The notes: generated by a model not told the origin, from the sequence alone. A stretch of DNA of 57,693 nucleotides from Octopus bimaculoides (GCF_001194135.2 NC_068995.1:21239638-21297330); one strand, 5' to 3'; shown: positions 38,310 through 51,609, numbered from the stretch's first letter. Made by a program: numbers and translations.

Positions 38310-38654
38310 CACGACAATCTTTTCGCCACATCTGGCATTGATCCCTCACGAGTGGGGTACTTAGCAACTGGTCCAGGAGCATCAGGCAATACAGATGTGT
38401 CTCTTCGGGGGATAAATAGATATAACTCATTAGATAGCAGTTCCGCAACGTATGTTTCTATTTCATGTAAAGAAAAGCAGCAAAACAAAAGATATGCCTT
38501 CATTTATATAGAAGATCAAAAATAAAATAACGGATGCCAAAAAAAAAAAAAGATATCGGAGTGACACATCTGCATCACCGGATGCTCCTGAACCAGTTCT
38601 TAAGTATCCCAAACGTGGGGGACCGATGCTAGATCTGTCGAAACAATTGTCGTG
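38310..38654. repeat. Ungapped 99-bp inverted repeat, 147-nt spacer
   Basis: 38310-38408 vs reverse complement of 38556-38654: 78/99 identical by manual alignment, no indels. Confidence 0.9.
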
Positions 38655-39479
38655 ACTATTAAATATTCTTCCATCTTCCGTCTTTCATTTACCATATACA
38701 TAACGAAAACTGAGAAAGTGACCGTGCTTTACCAGTGAGCTATCAGGTGTAAAACATTCGCTTTATTATATGTGAGTGGATTTGTTAGACGGAATTAAGG
38801 CAATTGTAATCGTCTAAACACTGAATTGTCTCTTCTGCCTGATCAGTATTTGAGTAACTGCACTGTGATTCAAGCTTGTGTGATTGAAAAATTACATATG
38901 CGCCATTTTGCATCGTTATGTAATTTCTGCCCAACGTTTACAGAAAAAATATTACGTTACTTTCAATGTACATTCGGGAAAAGAAATATAGGAAAAATTT
39001 CATGATTTCTTGATTCATCTGGTCCAGCAATTGGCAATATGCTTCCTTAAGTAACATTTCCCCACAACACACTTTCCTGGCAATTATGAATATTCAAGAG
39101 AAGCTTTAAATATTTATTACTGATAATTTCTAAGCCTAATAATTCGTTAGCAATATTACAGGGATTTGCAGAAACAGTAATAACAGATTTTATTTCTGAG
39201 ATACTATTTACCTGTGCATTAGTGATGGCGGGCAACTCTCTCTCTCTCTCTCTCCCTGTGTCTGTCTGTCTCTCTCTCTGTCTCTCTGTCTCTCTCTCTC
39301 TCTCTCTCACTCTCTCTCTCTCTCTCTCTCCCTATATATATATATATATATATNNNNNNNNNNNNNNNNNNNNNNNNNNNNNNNNNNNNNNNNNNNNNNN
39401 NNNNNNNNNNNNNNNNNNNNNNNNNNNNNNNNNNNNNNNNNNNNNNNNNNNNNNNNNNNNNNNNNNNNNNNNNNNNNNN

Positions 39480-39527
<48 letters not shown>

Positions 39528-39554
39528 TGTGTATGTGTGTAATTCTTTGCACCT

Positions 39555-40215
39555 GCAGACATCACTTCAATTAAATCAATTATTCTGAAAAACCAAATGT
39601 GATGGTCAGGTGCGTTTGGAACGCACGCCCAAACAGCTGTTTTATGGCGAACTTGCAGAAGGGAAATGTAATCAGTGTAAACCTAAAAAGAGGTTGAAGG
39701 ACGGATAAGGACTACCATGAAGTCACTTGGAATGGATCCAAACGTGATAGAAACCTTTGATTCGGATCGTACTGGATGGCGAACAAAAGTGTAGAAAGGA
39801 GTGAAAGCGTTTGAGCAGGCCAGGATAACACATAGAAGACTCAAGAGAGAATTAAAGAATGTTGCGATGGAGAAGGTGAATCTCAGTGACCTTTTTATGT
39901 GCCCAGTTTGTGACAGTCCTTGCTTTTCTTTTGTTGGGCTGAAAATTCATTGCGAACCTATGATGAATGAGCCTCCACCAACTACTCTGCCTATATATCT
40001 GTGCACACTTTCCAATGCCATGTTTTCCATAACGTCTGCAAATCTAAAGGCAGGCCTCAAAAGACATTTTAAGATCCACAAAGATCAGAACTTCACTGCA
40101 TCTCTTCCTTGTCCAAATCGGATATTCAATCTATGCGTTTTTTTTTATTTTTCAAAATATTGTTTGGATTAGAAAACCGCATAAGACGCCATGATGGATC
40201 TGAAGTCTAGGCACA
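39555..40215 (+). mobile_element. RTE-clade LINE 3' end with C2H2 zinc-finger remnants
   Basis: RTPKQLFYGELAEGK..KPKKRLKD, DRTGWRTKV*KGVKAFEQAR, CPVC-x12-H, AGLKRHFKIH and GLENRIRRH. Confidence 0.85.
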
Positions 40216-40645
40216 AGAGGTGGTCAGGCTCTGCATAAGGAGTAGATAACCATCATGTATGTATGTATGTATGTATGTATGTATGTATGTATGTATGTAT
40301 GTATGTATGTATACGCACATGTATGTGTACCTGAGCTTGTTTGATTGACCTATAAGACCGCTGTATATATGCGCATCCAAAGACCGAATTATAATACACA
40401 AATAACCGCACATTTATTAGTAATTTTTCTTCATGTTTTCTGGGAACCAAATAAAATACAAGAACTACTTTGAACCATGAAGCTCCGAGAGAAAAATAAA
40501 ACTATTTGATTTCACAAACTGCCATACGAATACTGAAAATAATTATGTGCTTTAAATATGATTGTCACAAATTAAACCAGCCTACAGCTGGTTTAATTTT
40601 ATCAAATTGCGGTAACCCTAACACTGAATTAAAATATTTACAGAC

Positions 40646-40759
<114 letters not shown>

Positions 40760-41404
40760 GTTAATGTGTATGTTTTTATACGTATATATGTTCATGTTTT
40801 TATACGCATATTTGTGCCTCTTTATTACTACATCCACGTATATTTCTCTATGTACATACACCACCTTATATATTAATTTCCTCTTCTTTTGTGCTCTTTC
40901 GTTTTTTATTTCTTTTTCTGTAAATGTCGTTTGTATAGTATTGTACGCATTATAAGATACTCCGCTATGTAATGACGTTATAAATGCAGCTGTGTTGGCG
41001 GATCGAAAATGCGGACATCGGTAGGTGGATTAAAGTTAATCCTGATCCTTTGTGGACAAATTCCAAAGTGTATTAGCAAATCGTTAACACACACAGATAA
41101 GTAAATCTTCGTACTTCGCAATTAGTAGAAGATAGAAATTTAGTACAGATACATATCAAAATCACAAGGATTTCTTTAGACAATTCAAATTCTAATACAG
41201 GTTGAGCACGCATATATTTCTTTGATAGTGAAAACCTTACAGATTTCCCATAGAAATTGAAGCCAGCACTGATTTTGTTACGACGTAATGGGTGTATATA
41301 CAATATTTCGAGAGACTTTGCCTCTTCATCAGCACCCACCTAGCCCATTAACCATCCACGAGCGGTGCAACATTAATTATCAGTCATTAATAAAGTATGT
41401 GCTG

Positions 41405-41645
41405 AAGGCAGCGAGCTGGGAGAAACTTTAGCACGCCGTGTGTAATGCTTAGCCGTATTTCGTCTATCTTTACGTTCTGAGTTCAAATTCCACCGAGGTC
41501 GACTTTGCCTTTCATCCTTTCGGAGTCGATAAATTAAATACCAGTTGCGTACAAGGGTCGATAAATTAATTACCAGTTGCGTACTGGGGTCGATGTACGC
41601 AATCTCCCAAAATTTCGGGCCTTGTGCCTTGAGTAGAAAAGAATA
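41405..41645 (+). mobile_element. SINE family A, near-full-length copy with an internal 29-bp tandem duplication
   Basis: Complete head to tail; gtcgataaattaa(a/t)taccagttgcgtac occurs twice at about 41525-41583. Confidence 0.9.
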
Positions 41646-42321
41646 AAATATGTATTGGAAATATAATTCGTAACTGGCAAAAGATACTTCCCAAAACATG
41701 TGAACTTTTCTTTGTCAAAAGAACGGTTCTAGGAATTGAAATTATATTGATTTCTATTGAAGGTACGTTTGTTTTAGAAGTATGCAATGGATTAAATGAG
41801 TTCTAATATGTATCATTACTTGTTAATCAAATAATGTCATAAAAAAAACCCAGAAATATTCGGCCTCAGTTTTCAATTTAGGACTCCAAGAAGGAAATTT
41901 GTCTTGCATTCTACCCACTTAAGGCAAACACAGAAACGTCGAGACATATTCAGATATCAGTATATGTAAATATGTACGACATGCTTCCGCACAGTTTCCA
42001 TCTGTCAAGTGTTGTCAAAAGACATTACTAAGGACGGAGCTATAGCTTGAGGCAGTGGCCTAAATGCTGCAGAATGTGATTCAACATGCGATCTTGCATG
42101 TGTGACGATGTGTGTCGGCATATGTGTTTGTATGTGGTTGTGTTTGATTGAGGCAGCTGGTTCTCCGTATATGTATTCTGGTTTTTTCTCATATGCCTTC
42201 TGATGTGTGTGCGAGTGTGTGTGTGTGTGTGCGTATGTGTGTTTGCGCGCGCGCGTGATTGGAGAAGAATATTCTTCTGTAGATGTTCAATTTTACTACG
42301 TACATTAAAGAGAAGAAGGGA

Positions 42322-42380
<59 letters not shown>

Positions 42381-42858
42381 AACGACTGAATGTACATATT
42401 TTATAAAGTCTTTGGGTAATATTTCACACATAACTATTGATGTGTGATATAGTTTGCAGCGGAATGCTAGGGAATCAATTGTAACTGATATTACAATTAT
42501 GTGATATTGATGATATCTTCATTCTTTTCTCGCTCCCACACTCAAACACTCACATGCATAAACGCACACACATGCATACATGGCCTTGATTAGGAAATAT
42601 ATCTTTATATGCATACATATGTGGGAATGTATTCATGTTTGTATATATATGTGTGTGTATGTGTGTGCGTGTGTGTGTCTGTGTGGGCACACGAATATTG
42701 AATATACGGAGATGTATACGGAAATAGATTTTTTAGAATATTTTCAAAATCACGTAAGAACATACTGGTCAACGGGTTTTAGTTAAGTATAAATCCATAC
42801 AAAGATTTGCCACTCCTCCTACCGATCTATGGGAATCCATCCTCTTAGGTATAGATAC

Positions 42859-42921
<63 letters not shown>

Positions 42922-43489
42922 AAGAAATTGGAGTCAACAATAAGGAGTACGGCTGAACAGTTATTTTTTAATCGCTACACCTGTTTCGGGGTAGCGTAGT
43001 TCTCCAAGAATGCAGGTACTTGATTATGCAACTGTTTGCTTGCATAATAAAATCCAGTTGTGCTTCCTCAGGCGGTATGCGAGTGTTGTCTCTATTAGGT
43101 GGACGAGCTTTATACTCTATCTCGTTCCTAACGATATATACCATAATTATATATATATATATTGCATATACATACAGAAACATACGCACATATACTCAAA
43201 CATGCACACACACATACGCTCACGCACTCACAAATACACATATATACATGTATTGGTGGTTGAACGTGTGTATGACCCTGCGTGCTAATAATTGTCCTCT
43301 AGTAAATACAGAATATACATATATATATGCTGGCATTGATTTAAATCCCAGTAGAGTTATGACATCAACCTAATAGCACTTACAATCATAAACGATGTGG
43401 CAGCAATAATCACAGTCTAGTAAGCATTGTCTCTCAATCAGAAATATAACAGAGATTGCAACATTTTACACCTTCTTCCGTTGTTACTG

Positions 43490-43527
43490 TCTTCTTCTTC
43501 TTCTTCTTCTTCTTCTTCTTCTTCTTT

Positions 43528-43565
<38 letters not shown>

Positions 43566-43901
43566 TATTCTGCCCCTCCTCCTCTCCCTCCTCCTCTCCC
43601 TCCTCCTCTCCCTCCTCCTCTCCCTCCTAAAATTTTCTTATAAATATTCTTTTTCCCTTTTTTACTTTTCTCCATGTCTATCCCGAATTGATTACAATTC
43701 ATGACATCTACAACTGATTCAATTTCATGCAATGCTAACTTACGAGTGAGCTCTTTCGAAATCTGAAAATGTCCCAGCAGCAGGAAACAGAACAACAAAA
43801 ATAACATCAACACAACAGTAAAACAACTGCAACTACAATATTATTATTATTATTATTATTATCAGTATTATTATTAGTAGTAGTAGTAGTATTATTATTA
43901 T

Positions 43902-43955
<54 letters not shown>

Positions 43956-43972
43956 CAGTAGTAGTAGTGGTA
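43490..43972. repeat. Microsatellite clusters (CTT)n(ATC)n(CTCC..)n and (ATT)n(AGT)n
   Basis: Read directly at 43490-43630 and 43840-43972. Confidence 0.9.
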
Positions 43973-44412
43973 GTTCTGTATCAGTCAAAACGTCCCAAAG
44001 CATAGTGAGATAGCACAGCGCTCTGGGGATTTATATGAAACATGGATAGATAATGATATAAGAGTAGCGAGAGAAATTTCACAATAATGCTTACTACGAC
44101 CCAATGTCAGGCAAACAATCCACGTATTCTGGCTCATATATACCGCAAAGGAATATCTGCTGGTGAATATTGAGTCCAGACCAGTTGTTCTCAGCTGACA
44201 ACTATCAGCTGCTCCTAACTCGCCACAAATATTAATAGAGGAGTTTCAGAAACTCACTCTTTATCATTGAGTAAAGAAAAGAGTTTCTGCTTTCATAGAG
44301 GACTTGTTTGTTTGCCATATTTTCGTCATGTTCACAACTTTGGAAACAACCTTAATTTTATTAAAATAGCAATTCATCTTTTTATTTTGCATTACTTATA
44401 AGCAATTCTATA

Positions 44413-44957
44413 TAGGCGTAGAAGTGGCTGTGTGGTAAGTAGCTTGTTTAGGAACCACATGGTTCCGGGTTCAGTCCCACTACGTGACACCTTGGGCAAG
44501 TGTTTTCTACTATAGCCTCGGGCCGACCAAAGCCTTATGAGTGGATTTGCTAGACAGAAACTGAAAGAAGCCCGTCGTATATATATATACATATATATAN
44601 NNNNNNNNNNNNNNNNNNNNNNNNNNNNNNNNNNNNNNNNNNNNNNNNNNNNNNNNNNNNNNNNNNNNNNNNTATATATATATATATGCGTGTGTGTATG
44701 TGTGTGTGTGTGTGTGTGTGTGGTGTGCGTATGTATATGTATGTGTGTGTATATGTTTGTTCCCCCAACATCGCTCGACAACCGATGCTGGTGTGTTCAC
44801 GTCAACGTAACTTAGCGGTTAGGCGAAAAAAGAGACCGATAGAATAAGTACTAGGCTTACAAAGAATATAACCTGGGATCGATTTGCTCGACTAAAGGCT
44901 GTGCTCCAGCATGGCCACAGGGAAATAGCTGAAACAAGTAAAAGAGTAAAAGAGTAA
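44413..44957 (+). mobile_element. SINE family B, near-full-length copy
   Basis: tRNA-like head gtggctgtgtggtaag..ggttcagtccca, CORE-like gacaccttgggcaagt, internal TA/GT repeat (gapped), tail ending (gtaaaaga)2. Confidence 0.9.
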
Positions 44958-45736
44958 TCCTGGTGAAGGAAGCAATAAGTACAAGCCCATTAACTCTGGC
45001 GGTATTTACTTATCAGAAAATTAGCTGATGATAAGTACATCTTATTTCATTATGATTTTCCTCTCTAAGGGTCTCCCCTCACTCCCCTCGATGTGATGTT
45101 GGCTGAGAACGACTGTATTTGTCCTCTCTTGTTTCAGTCGGATCCACAGACTGTTTTGCTAGAACTGCCAGAGTTTCTTGCTAGATCCACCAGAGAAGGA
45201 AAAACTACATGTCCTTCGTAACGAAAGAAACACACAATAGATTTGGCCAACAGCCTAGACTCTTCTAAACGTGGCAGCACCCGTTCGGCAAAACTCCACA
45301 AATCAGTAATGCTCGGCCACTGAAGGATTATATACAAAGTAGTATCGTCATTCTTCGTACATCTCGGATAGGCAAGTGTAGCAGTTTATATCAAAGTAGA
45401 AACGCCTAGCTCTACCAAGCTAGTTATTTGGATTCCTTAGTTCAAATTTTCCTCCAGAACAAGCTACCATTTAATTTTGGTTGCCTGCTAGATTTTCTTT
45501 GTGAACCTCGTATCTGCATTATTATAAGTGACTGATAGACATAGCAGATGCTAGGTGACCGATGTTAGCGTTTCGCAGTAATTACTGGCACAGACTCAAG
45601 AAAGATACACGCTAGTGAGACGGTCAGTTAATCACATTGACACCAGTATTTGACTTATATTCAATTTTATAAACTACCAATCAGATACAGGGGAAAGAAA
45701 AAGTAACACTTGAAGGCACATTCTATTTTGTTTTCG

Positions 45737-45774
45737 CATCATCATCATCATCATCATCATCATCGTCGTCTTCG

Positions 45775-45829
<55 letters not shown>

Positions 45830-45925
45830 TAGCACCATCATCATCACCATCATCATCATCATCGATTTAGTTGGTGTCACCGTTGTAATCAACGTCCATT
45901 TCTTCCTCATCACCATCACCAATTT
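45737..45925. repeat. (CAT)n microsatellite
   Basis: Read directly. Confidence 0.95.
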
Positions 45926-46984
45926 CATTTTATAAACAGTATCACTAAGAAAATTATGGAATAAAAAACCTAATATCATTCGTAGTTAGAGATTGAAAGG
46001 ATGTTGTTTGCTGATGATACCATAAATTCAGAGACTATTCATATTTGCCTGAGATAATCTTACTGATATCTTTTTCAACAATTCATGACAGAAAAAGAAA
46101 AGAACAAAAGAACTGAAGTAAAACGAGATAAAAATCAATATATTGTATTATGTTGAACGTGTGAAATTGACCACGCACACCTGCGTCCTCACAGCCGAAA
46201 AGTTTATCAAAGCAAACGATGTCAAATGAAGCGAAGTGAATGGTGACAAAAGCTTGGAGATATATATACACGATGCAAGGCAAATGACTCAAAAAGTTAC
46301 TTATTATAATGTAAAGAAGTTTTGAAGAACCTATACTTAAGCCACAGTTTGATATTAACGCTGGTTAAGAACAGTATGGATCAATGTGTGATAACTTGTA
46401 AAATTTTGTTCAGGAAATGAAAAGAAAAATATTGTGCAAACTGTACAGATAACAAAGAAAAAGTTCTTTAAAGAACAGAAAAAATATCTACAAATTATTC
46501 ATTTGTTGACTTTTATAATAGGGTTTGTGTGCAAGTGGGTGTGTACAAGCGTGCGCGTCTGTATATATGTTAGCATGATTTGTTTCATGTTAAACTAGCA
46601 ATAAGATTTCTCTTATAGAGTAGCTAAAATTTGCATTTCCATATAACGTCCATGACACAGTAATGTTTGAAAATAATTACAAAAGTTTATATATAGATAC
46701 ACGCAAAGTAAAACATAGATAAAAACACAACTACCTATGTAATAGGAGGTGGATGCCATACCATATTATTAAGCAGTTAGTGTTGGTATGTCATCGTTCC
46801 GATATCCATCACATCGTGCGTCATTCTGGGAAAGTTTCTCCTCATGTAATCTTTGACAGACTAGATCTGTGTAGATTTTTGTACTTGTGTGTGTATATGA
46901 ATACATATACACATATACATACCTGCAAACATGCATGCGCACATACATACTTACACACAAATTATACATATACACATTTACATA

Positions 46985-47320
46985 CATAGTCTATATGGAC
47001 AACAACTCATCAATCACAGCAGAAATATTCACAGATGTCACCAAGTTTCAGAAAATTATCAGTGGAGAAAAAGACTGAAGTCCACTTCTGTCTTTCCCTC
47101 CACTGATCTAGGTTCTGTAAGGCAATGAGCGGAGAAAAACAACATGCGGTTAAATGAGGGAAAATTTGAACTCATACACTTTGGAAAAGAGAAAGTACTC
47201 AAACAAACTTATTCTTTTCTTTCAAGGAAACTACTTATAGCATCAAATAATATCCAAGACTTAGGAGCAATTGTTCACAACAGTCTCGGCTGGAATGCTC
47301 ACACCAACAATAAAGTCGAT
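46985..47320 (+). mobile_element. CR1-clade LINE reverse transcriptase fragment
   Basis: EIFTDVTKFQKII (decayed FADD region), DLGSVRQ*AEKNNMRLNEGKFELIHFG and NIQDLGAIVHNSLGWNAH follow the CR1 pattern (W...N.M..N..K....H, .DLG..V...L.W..H). Confidence 0.85.
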
Positions 47321-47344
47321 ATCGATCTCTGGATGAGCTCCTGA

Positions 47345-47620
47345 CTTCTAAATCCAAAGTTGAAAGTAGGTGCCAGAGCATTTTTACATCGCTTGCCCCA
47401 ATACCTGGTCTCCAAATTCCTCCGATTGCAATTTCATGGATAACTATATGTCGAGTGCAGTTGATAAAACACCAACGCTCTGCCTGCAACACCAAAGCCG
47501 AGCTGTGGCCAAGGAGAAGCAGATGTTCAAAACCTTCCAGAGATACAATAAGGAACTCATGTGGCAAGTTCTGGAGCCGTTTTAAGGCCATATAGGAAGC
47601 TGAGGGTAGCTGCTTTGTGT
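47345..47620 (+). mobile_element. Tc1/maT-like transposase C-terminal relic
   Basis: PNTWSPNSSDCNFMDNY (decayed WPPNSPDxNPxDY), then ACNTKAEL and EAEG. Confidence 0.7.
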
Positions 47621-49204
47621 AAACTGTTATCTCTGAGCCGTAATCTGTTGACATTTTTTTATTTGGGGGTGGGGTGTTGTGCTCCTTTTATGCAAACTGT
47701 TAAATTTAGATCGAAGACTGTAGTTGTTATGTGTCATGGTTTAACTGTGCTAGAAGAACGGCTGTTGATTGGTATTTCTATTCTTCTGTGAATATTTTTA
47801 TGTACACTTTCGTTCGAGTAACGGAATTTAAATGCTCTTTTCAGTAAAGATATAACCACTGATAGTTTGCACCTGTGTGTATATTGATGTGTCCATAAAA
47901 GTATATGCTTTCTGATTTTCGTTTAGATGTAAACAGATTTGATGTGTCTCTTATCTTCGACCAGAACGCTTGCCTGGAAATGATGTAATTGTAATCCTTG
48001 TAGTTTTATTTGAACTATTTTGGGTGTTGCATTTTAAAGAGTCTTTTTCTAAGTCTATTTGTAACTGATGTTAGTTGTCCAGTGTGTCCATTACAATAAC
48101 TATATCATCCCTATATCTGAGGTTCATTATACTTTCTGATTCATTTCCACTTAATTTTTACATTATCGTTACGCGGGCTGCTTCGTTCGCAAACCATTAT
48201 GGTTTCTCCATCTTTTTCTATATATAATGTCTTAGGGACGTCGAACTTCTCACCCATTTTCATGTATCATGAGGGTTGATAATGCGATTTAATATCAACT
48301 GTATTTTTTCCCTCTATTTATTTGTACATTGTTGTGGGTGCGTAATTTTGCCTGAGCTGCGTAAATGCTGAGATTCAGGAATTGATGTTCTTCCTGTTGT
48401 AGCAATTCTTCTTTGGCAGAGAATTTTATATATAAATGCATTTGTGACAGAAATGTCTATATTATCAAGGGCTCAGTATATATTGCATAACAAATGTCTC
48501 TTATTTACTTATTTATCAATATTTATATTCACATGAAGAATTTCCGCTTGGCAGTTTCCTTTATCCTGAATTTCTGTGTGTATTGTCTTTCACCGCAATC
48601 CTGACTTTCATTTTTCGTTTATTGCTGCCAAGCAACTTTTCATTGAGACTTGTTATTTAGAAAATAAAGTGATACTAAGATGTAAAAGCCAGTATGAAGA
48701 TGAAAATCTCGTTGCAGTTGAGACATTGAGAAATTAATGTAAGACTTAGAAAATAATTCGTAGTAAAATTCAACATCTACAATAGTAATGTCACAAATAT
48801 AACTCTTGCAAATATAGTAACTCCTTTTGAATACATATTTATTCTGATAGAAAATAGAAAATGTAGCATTTCTGTCAACACTGAAGATACAAACAATACT
48901 TGCATGGAGACAGCGAATGGCCACAGAAATACAGATGGTATATGAAGGCTTTTCAGATTCTTCTCCTCGAAGGAAAACGTATGTTAAGAAATCCACAGTA
49001 TAAATCAAATACTATTTACATCAACTACGCTGACGAACAAATAAACCAAACGAAAGGGCGAAATGGTTTTAGAAATTCAAGTACTATATCGATCAAGAAC
49101 TTCATATATTAAAAATATATAAACCACAGATGAAAGTATGTTCTTTATGCATTTTTAATATATTAGTATCTTGAAGACATTATAAAAACATTCTCAACCA
49201 TAAA

Positions 49205-49790
49205 ATGCGTTTACCGCTAGTCGCCACGACTCCGAATACCATGACTTGAGCTGGGTGCTTGGTCCTAAAAACGCTTTTTACTTCAGAAGGTGACTAAGCC
49301 ATGTATCGATCATTGTGATGGTTTAAAACACATGAACAGTAAAGATTTTTTCATATAAAAAGATTTTGCCAGTTTATTCATTGTACTGCAGGTATCACAA
49401 CACTTTTTTGGACCTGGATGCCGTCTGGATTTCGTTGCATGGATCAATAGGTGTCTAGGGGTCCTCACATATGACCCCAACTGTAAATCGGTGTGGAGAA
49501 CATTTCTGATGGCCTTTGGACCAACTTTCAGGTCCATGGTAAGTTTTTCCATGGATGCCATTGGGTCTTTCAGTGATATAAAAATTCATTATCCCCTTTA
49601 TTTTTACTTTATGCCTCCACTTCTTTGCTTTCACTTGATGCTTCCCGTATCGAGCATTCGGATCTTAACATTGTAGACAGTGCTCACAGAAGCCCCGACA
49701 GTCTCAGCAATACGTTTAGTTGCAACCGCGACACGAAGCAAATCTGTAATGCATTGTTTCTTAGTTTCTTGAGTGGACATGCAAGATCAT
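49205..49790 (-). mobile_element. Tc1/maT-like transposase N-terminal relic
   Basis: KRIAETVGASVSTVYNVK (HTH), PMASMEKLTMDLKVGPKAIRNVLHTDLQLGSYVRTPRHLL and NDRYMA..VFRTKHPAQVMVFGVVA. Confidence 0.85.
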
Positions 49791-50092
49791 ATGAGTGGAA
49801 CATCTGCTTAAATAAATTCTATAAACCTCCACCCTGAAATAGAAAACAATATTTTACTATTTATGCTCAGGAATATATGAAAAATAAGGCTTCCAAAATA
49901 TTCCAAATTTTGCTTCTCCACCCTGGGGAGGGAATACAGGGAGGGGAAGCAAAACTATGCATATATATATATATAAATATATATAAAACTTACTTGGAAA
50001 ATGATGCGTGGCGTTCGATCATATACTAATATAAATAATATATACACATATATATATACATGCATGCATACATACATACATGAATACATACA

Positions 50093-50123
<31 letters not shown>

Positions 50124-50149
50124 TAGTTGAGGAAAAGATTTTTCCCATT

Positions 50150-51420
50150 GAAGATATAATTAATAGTTCAAACAAATTACATTCAAAAAGCGTTTATTTA
50201 TGAAAATATATCGTGTCAGATTCTATTGTCTATTCCCGACGATATGCTAGAAGCTCGATTCCACATGTATAAAATTTGACTGGCTTAGAGGCAGATATGT
50301 TCCAGCGCCCCTTTTCAAGCTCATCCACTTTGTTCCTCCAAGCAGAAAATGAGCCATGACTCGGAAGATGTGGTTATCTGACTGCAAATTCTGGGTTGTA
50401 GGCAGGTTGAGACAGCACTTCTATCCCCGTAAGTTCCTCAAGTTTGCACTTGGTCACATTTACAGTGTATGCTGCATCATTGTCATACAGTAGGAATGTG
50501 CATCTTTGACTGAGAAGGCTGGTTGAAAACTATCATATAATGGCTGCACTTGTGGAGCATAAAGGCTGCATTCACAGTATGACCATCTGGAGCAAGCGTC
50601 ACGTGCAACAACCCCTCGGATTTCCACCAAACACAAAATACGACCATCTATTAACATCGTACTTTTTGATAACGAGTTCCGAAGGCTTTTCAAAACAATG
50701 CTACTGATTTATATTATTCAAATTAAGATATTAGATCCGTTTTTCATCCCTAGTTACAATTCGACACGAAAAACAGGTTTGTCGAGAATTTGCCAGCGGA
50801 TGTTTGCAGGCGATCATATGTGGTCAACCCATTAAGTCCCTGAGTACTTAAATTTCTGAATATTACTTTTAAATTTTTACAGATGATTGAAAATAGGTTA
50901 AAATGAAAATAAAAATTATTAAAACTCCTTCACTTCAAGTAGAAATGGAAATACTTGGTGTCCTATAAACAAGACACTGAAACAACGTAATATAAATTAT
51001 TTAATGCTCTCATTTAGTGTCCTATTTATAGGACAGTGACACTTAATGGGTTAAGGCAGATCGTTGGCCAGTTCATAGGGAGCTTCTCGACAGCATCTGT
51101 TCGCAAGGTCGAGCTTATGAATGTGTCAATTGATAGTGCTTGATGGACAAAGTACTGATGACAATATACGACAGTTTCTGCATGGCTGTTGTCTATCTAT
51201 ATCAAGCAAGGTCTCATCTACAGCAAAAGGTCTCTCTGACCTTGGATTGTTTCCGTGACTGGTCTCATCTTCCTTGAAACACCTCAATCAGTTTTGTATC
51301 ACATTCGTTGACAGTTTGGGAGGAATCGACATCATTCATTTTTCTTGCCACTCCCATTGCCCCATAGACAACATGAAATGGCTCGATTTGCAATGCTTTC
51401 ACCACTCTCACAGGTTGAAA
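50150..51420 (-). mobile_element. Near-full-length decayed mariner element, interrupted at 50828-51050
   Basis: Minus-strand order: RCFKEDETSHGNNPRSERP, APYEL, RIVTRDEK (first D), CVWWKSEGLLH, LLYDN (second D), VLSQPAYNPEFA, HIFRVMAHFL. Confidence 0.85.
50828..51050. mobile_element. piggyBac-like MITE nested in the mariner relic
   Basis: 10-bp perfect TIR CCCATTAAGT/ACTTAATGGG. TTAA on the right (51051-51054), TCAA on the left (50824-50827). Subterminal gtgtcctat repeats. Confidence 0.65.
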
Positions 51421-51506
51421 AAATAAGAATAAACACTTAATATTTATTTATTTCATGACAATAAAAAATACAGCGACTTTTGAAGAAACCGTTAAACATC
51501 ATCAGC

Positions 51507-51568
51507 GCAAATCTAAAGAAACATTTAACTCAATCTAGCAAATCTAAAGAAACATTTAACTCAATCTA
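51507..51568. repeat. 31-bp perfect tandem duplication
   Basis: GCAAATCTAAAGAAACATTTAACTCAATCTA x2. Confidence 0.95.
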
Positions 51569-51571
51569 GCA

Positions 51572-51609
<38 letters not shown>

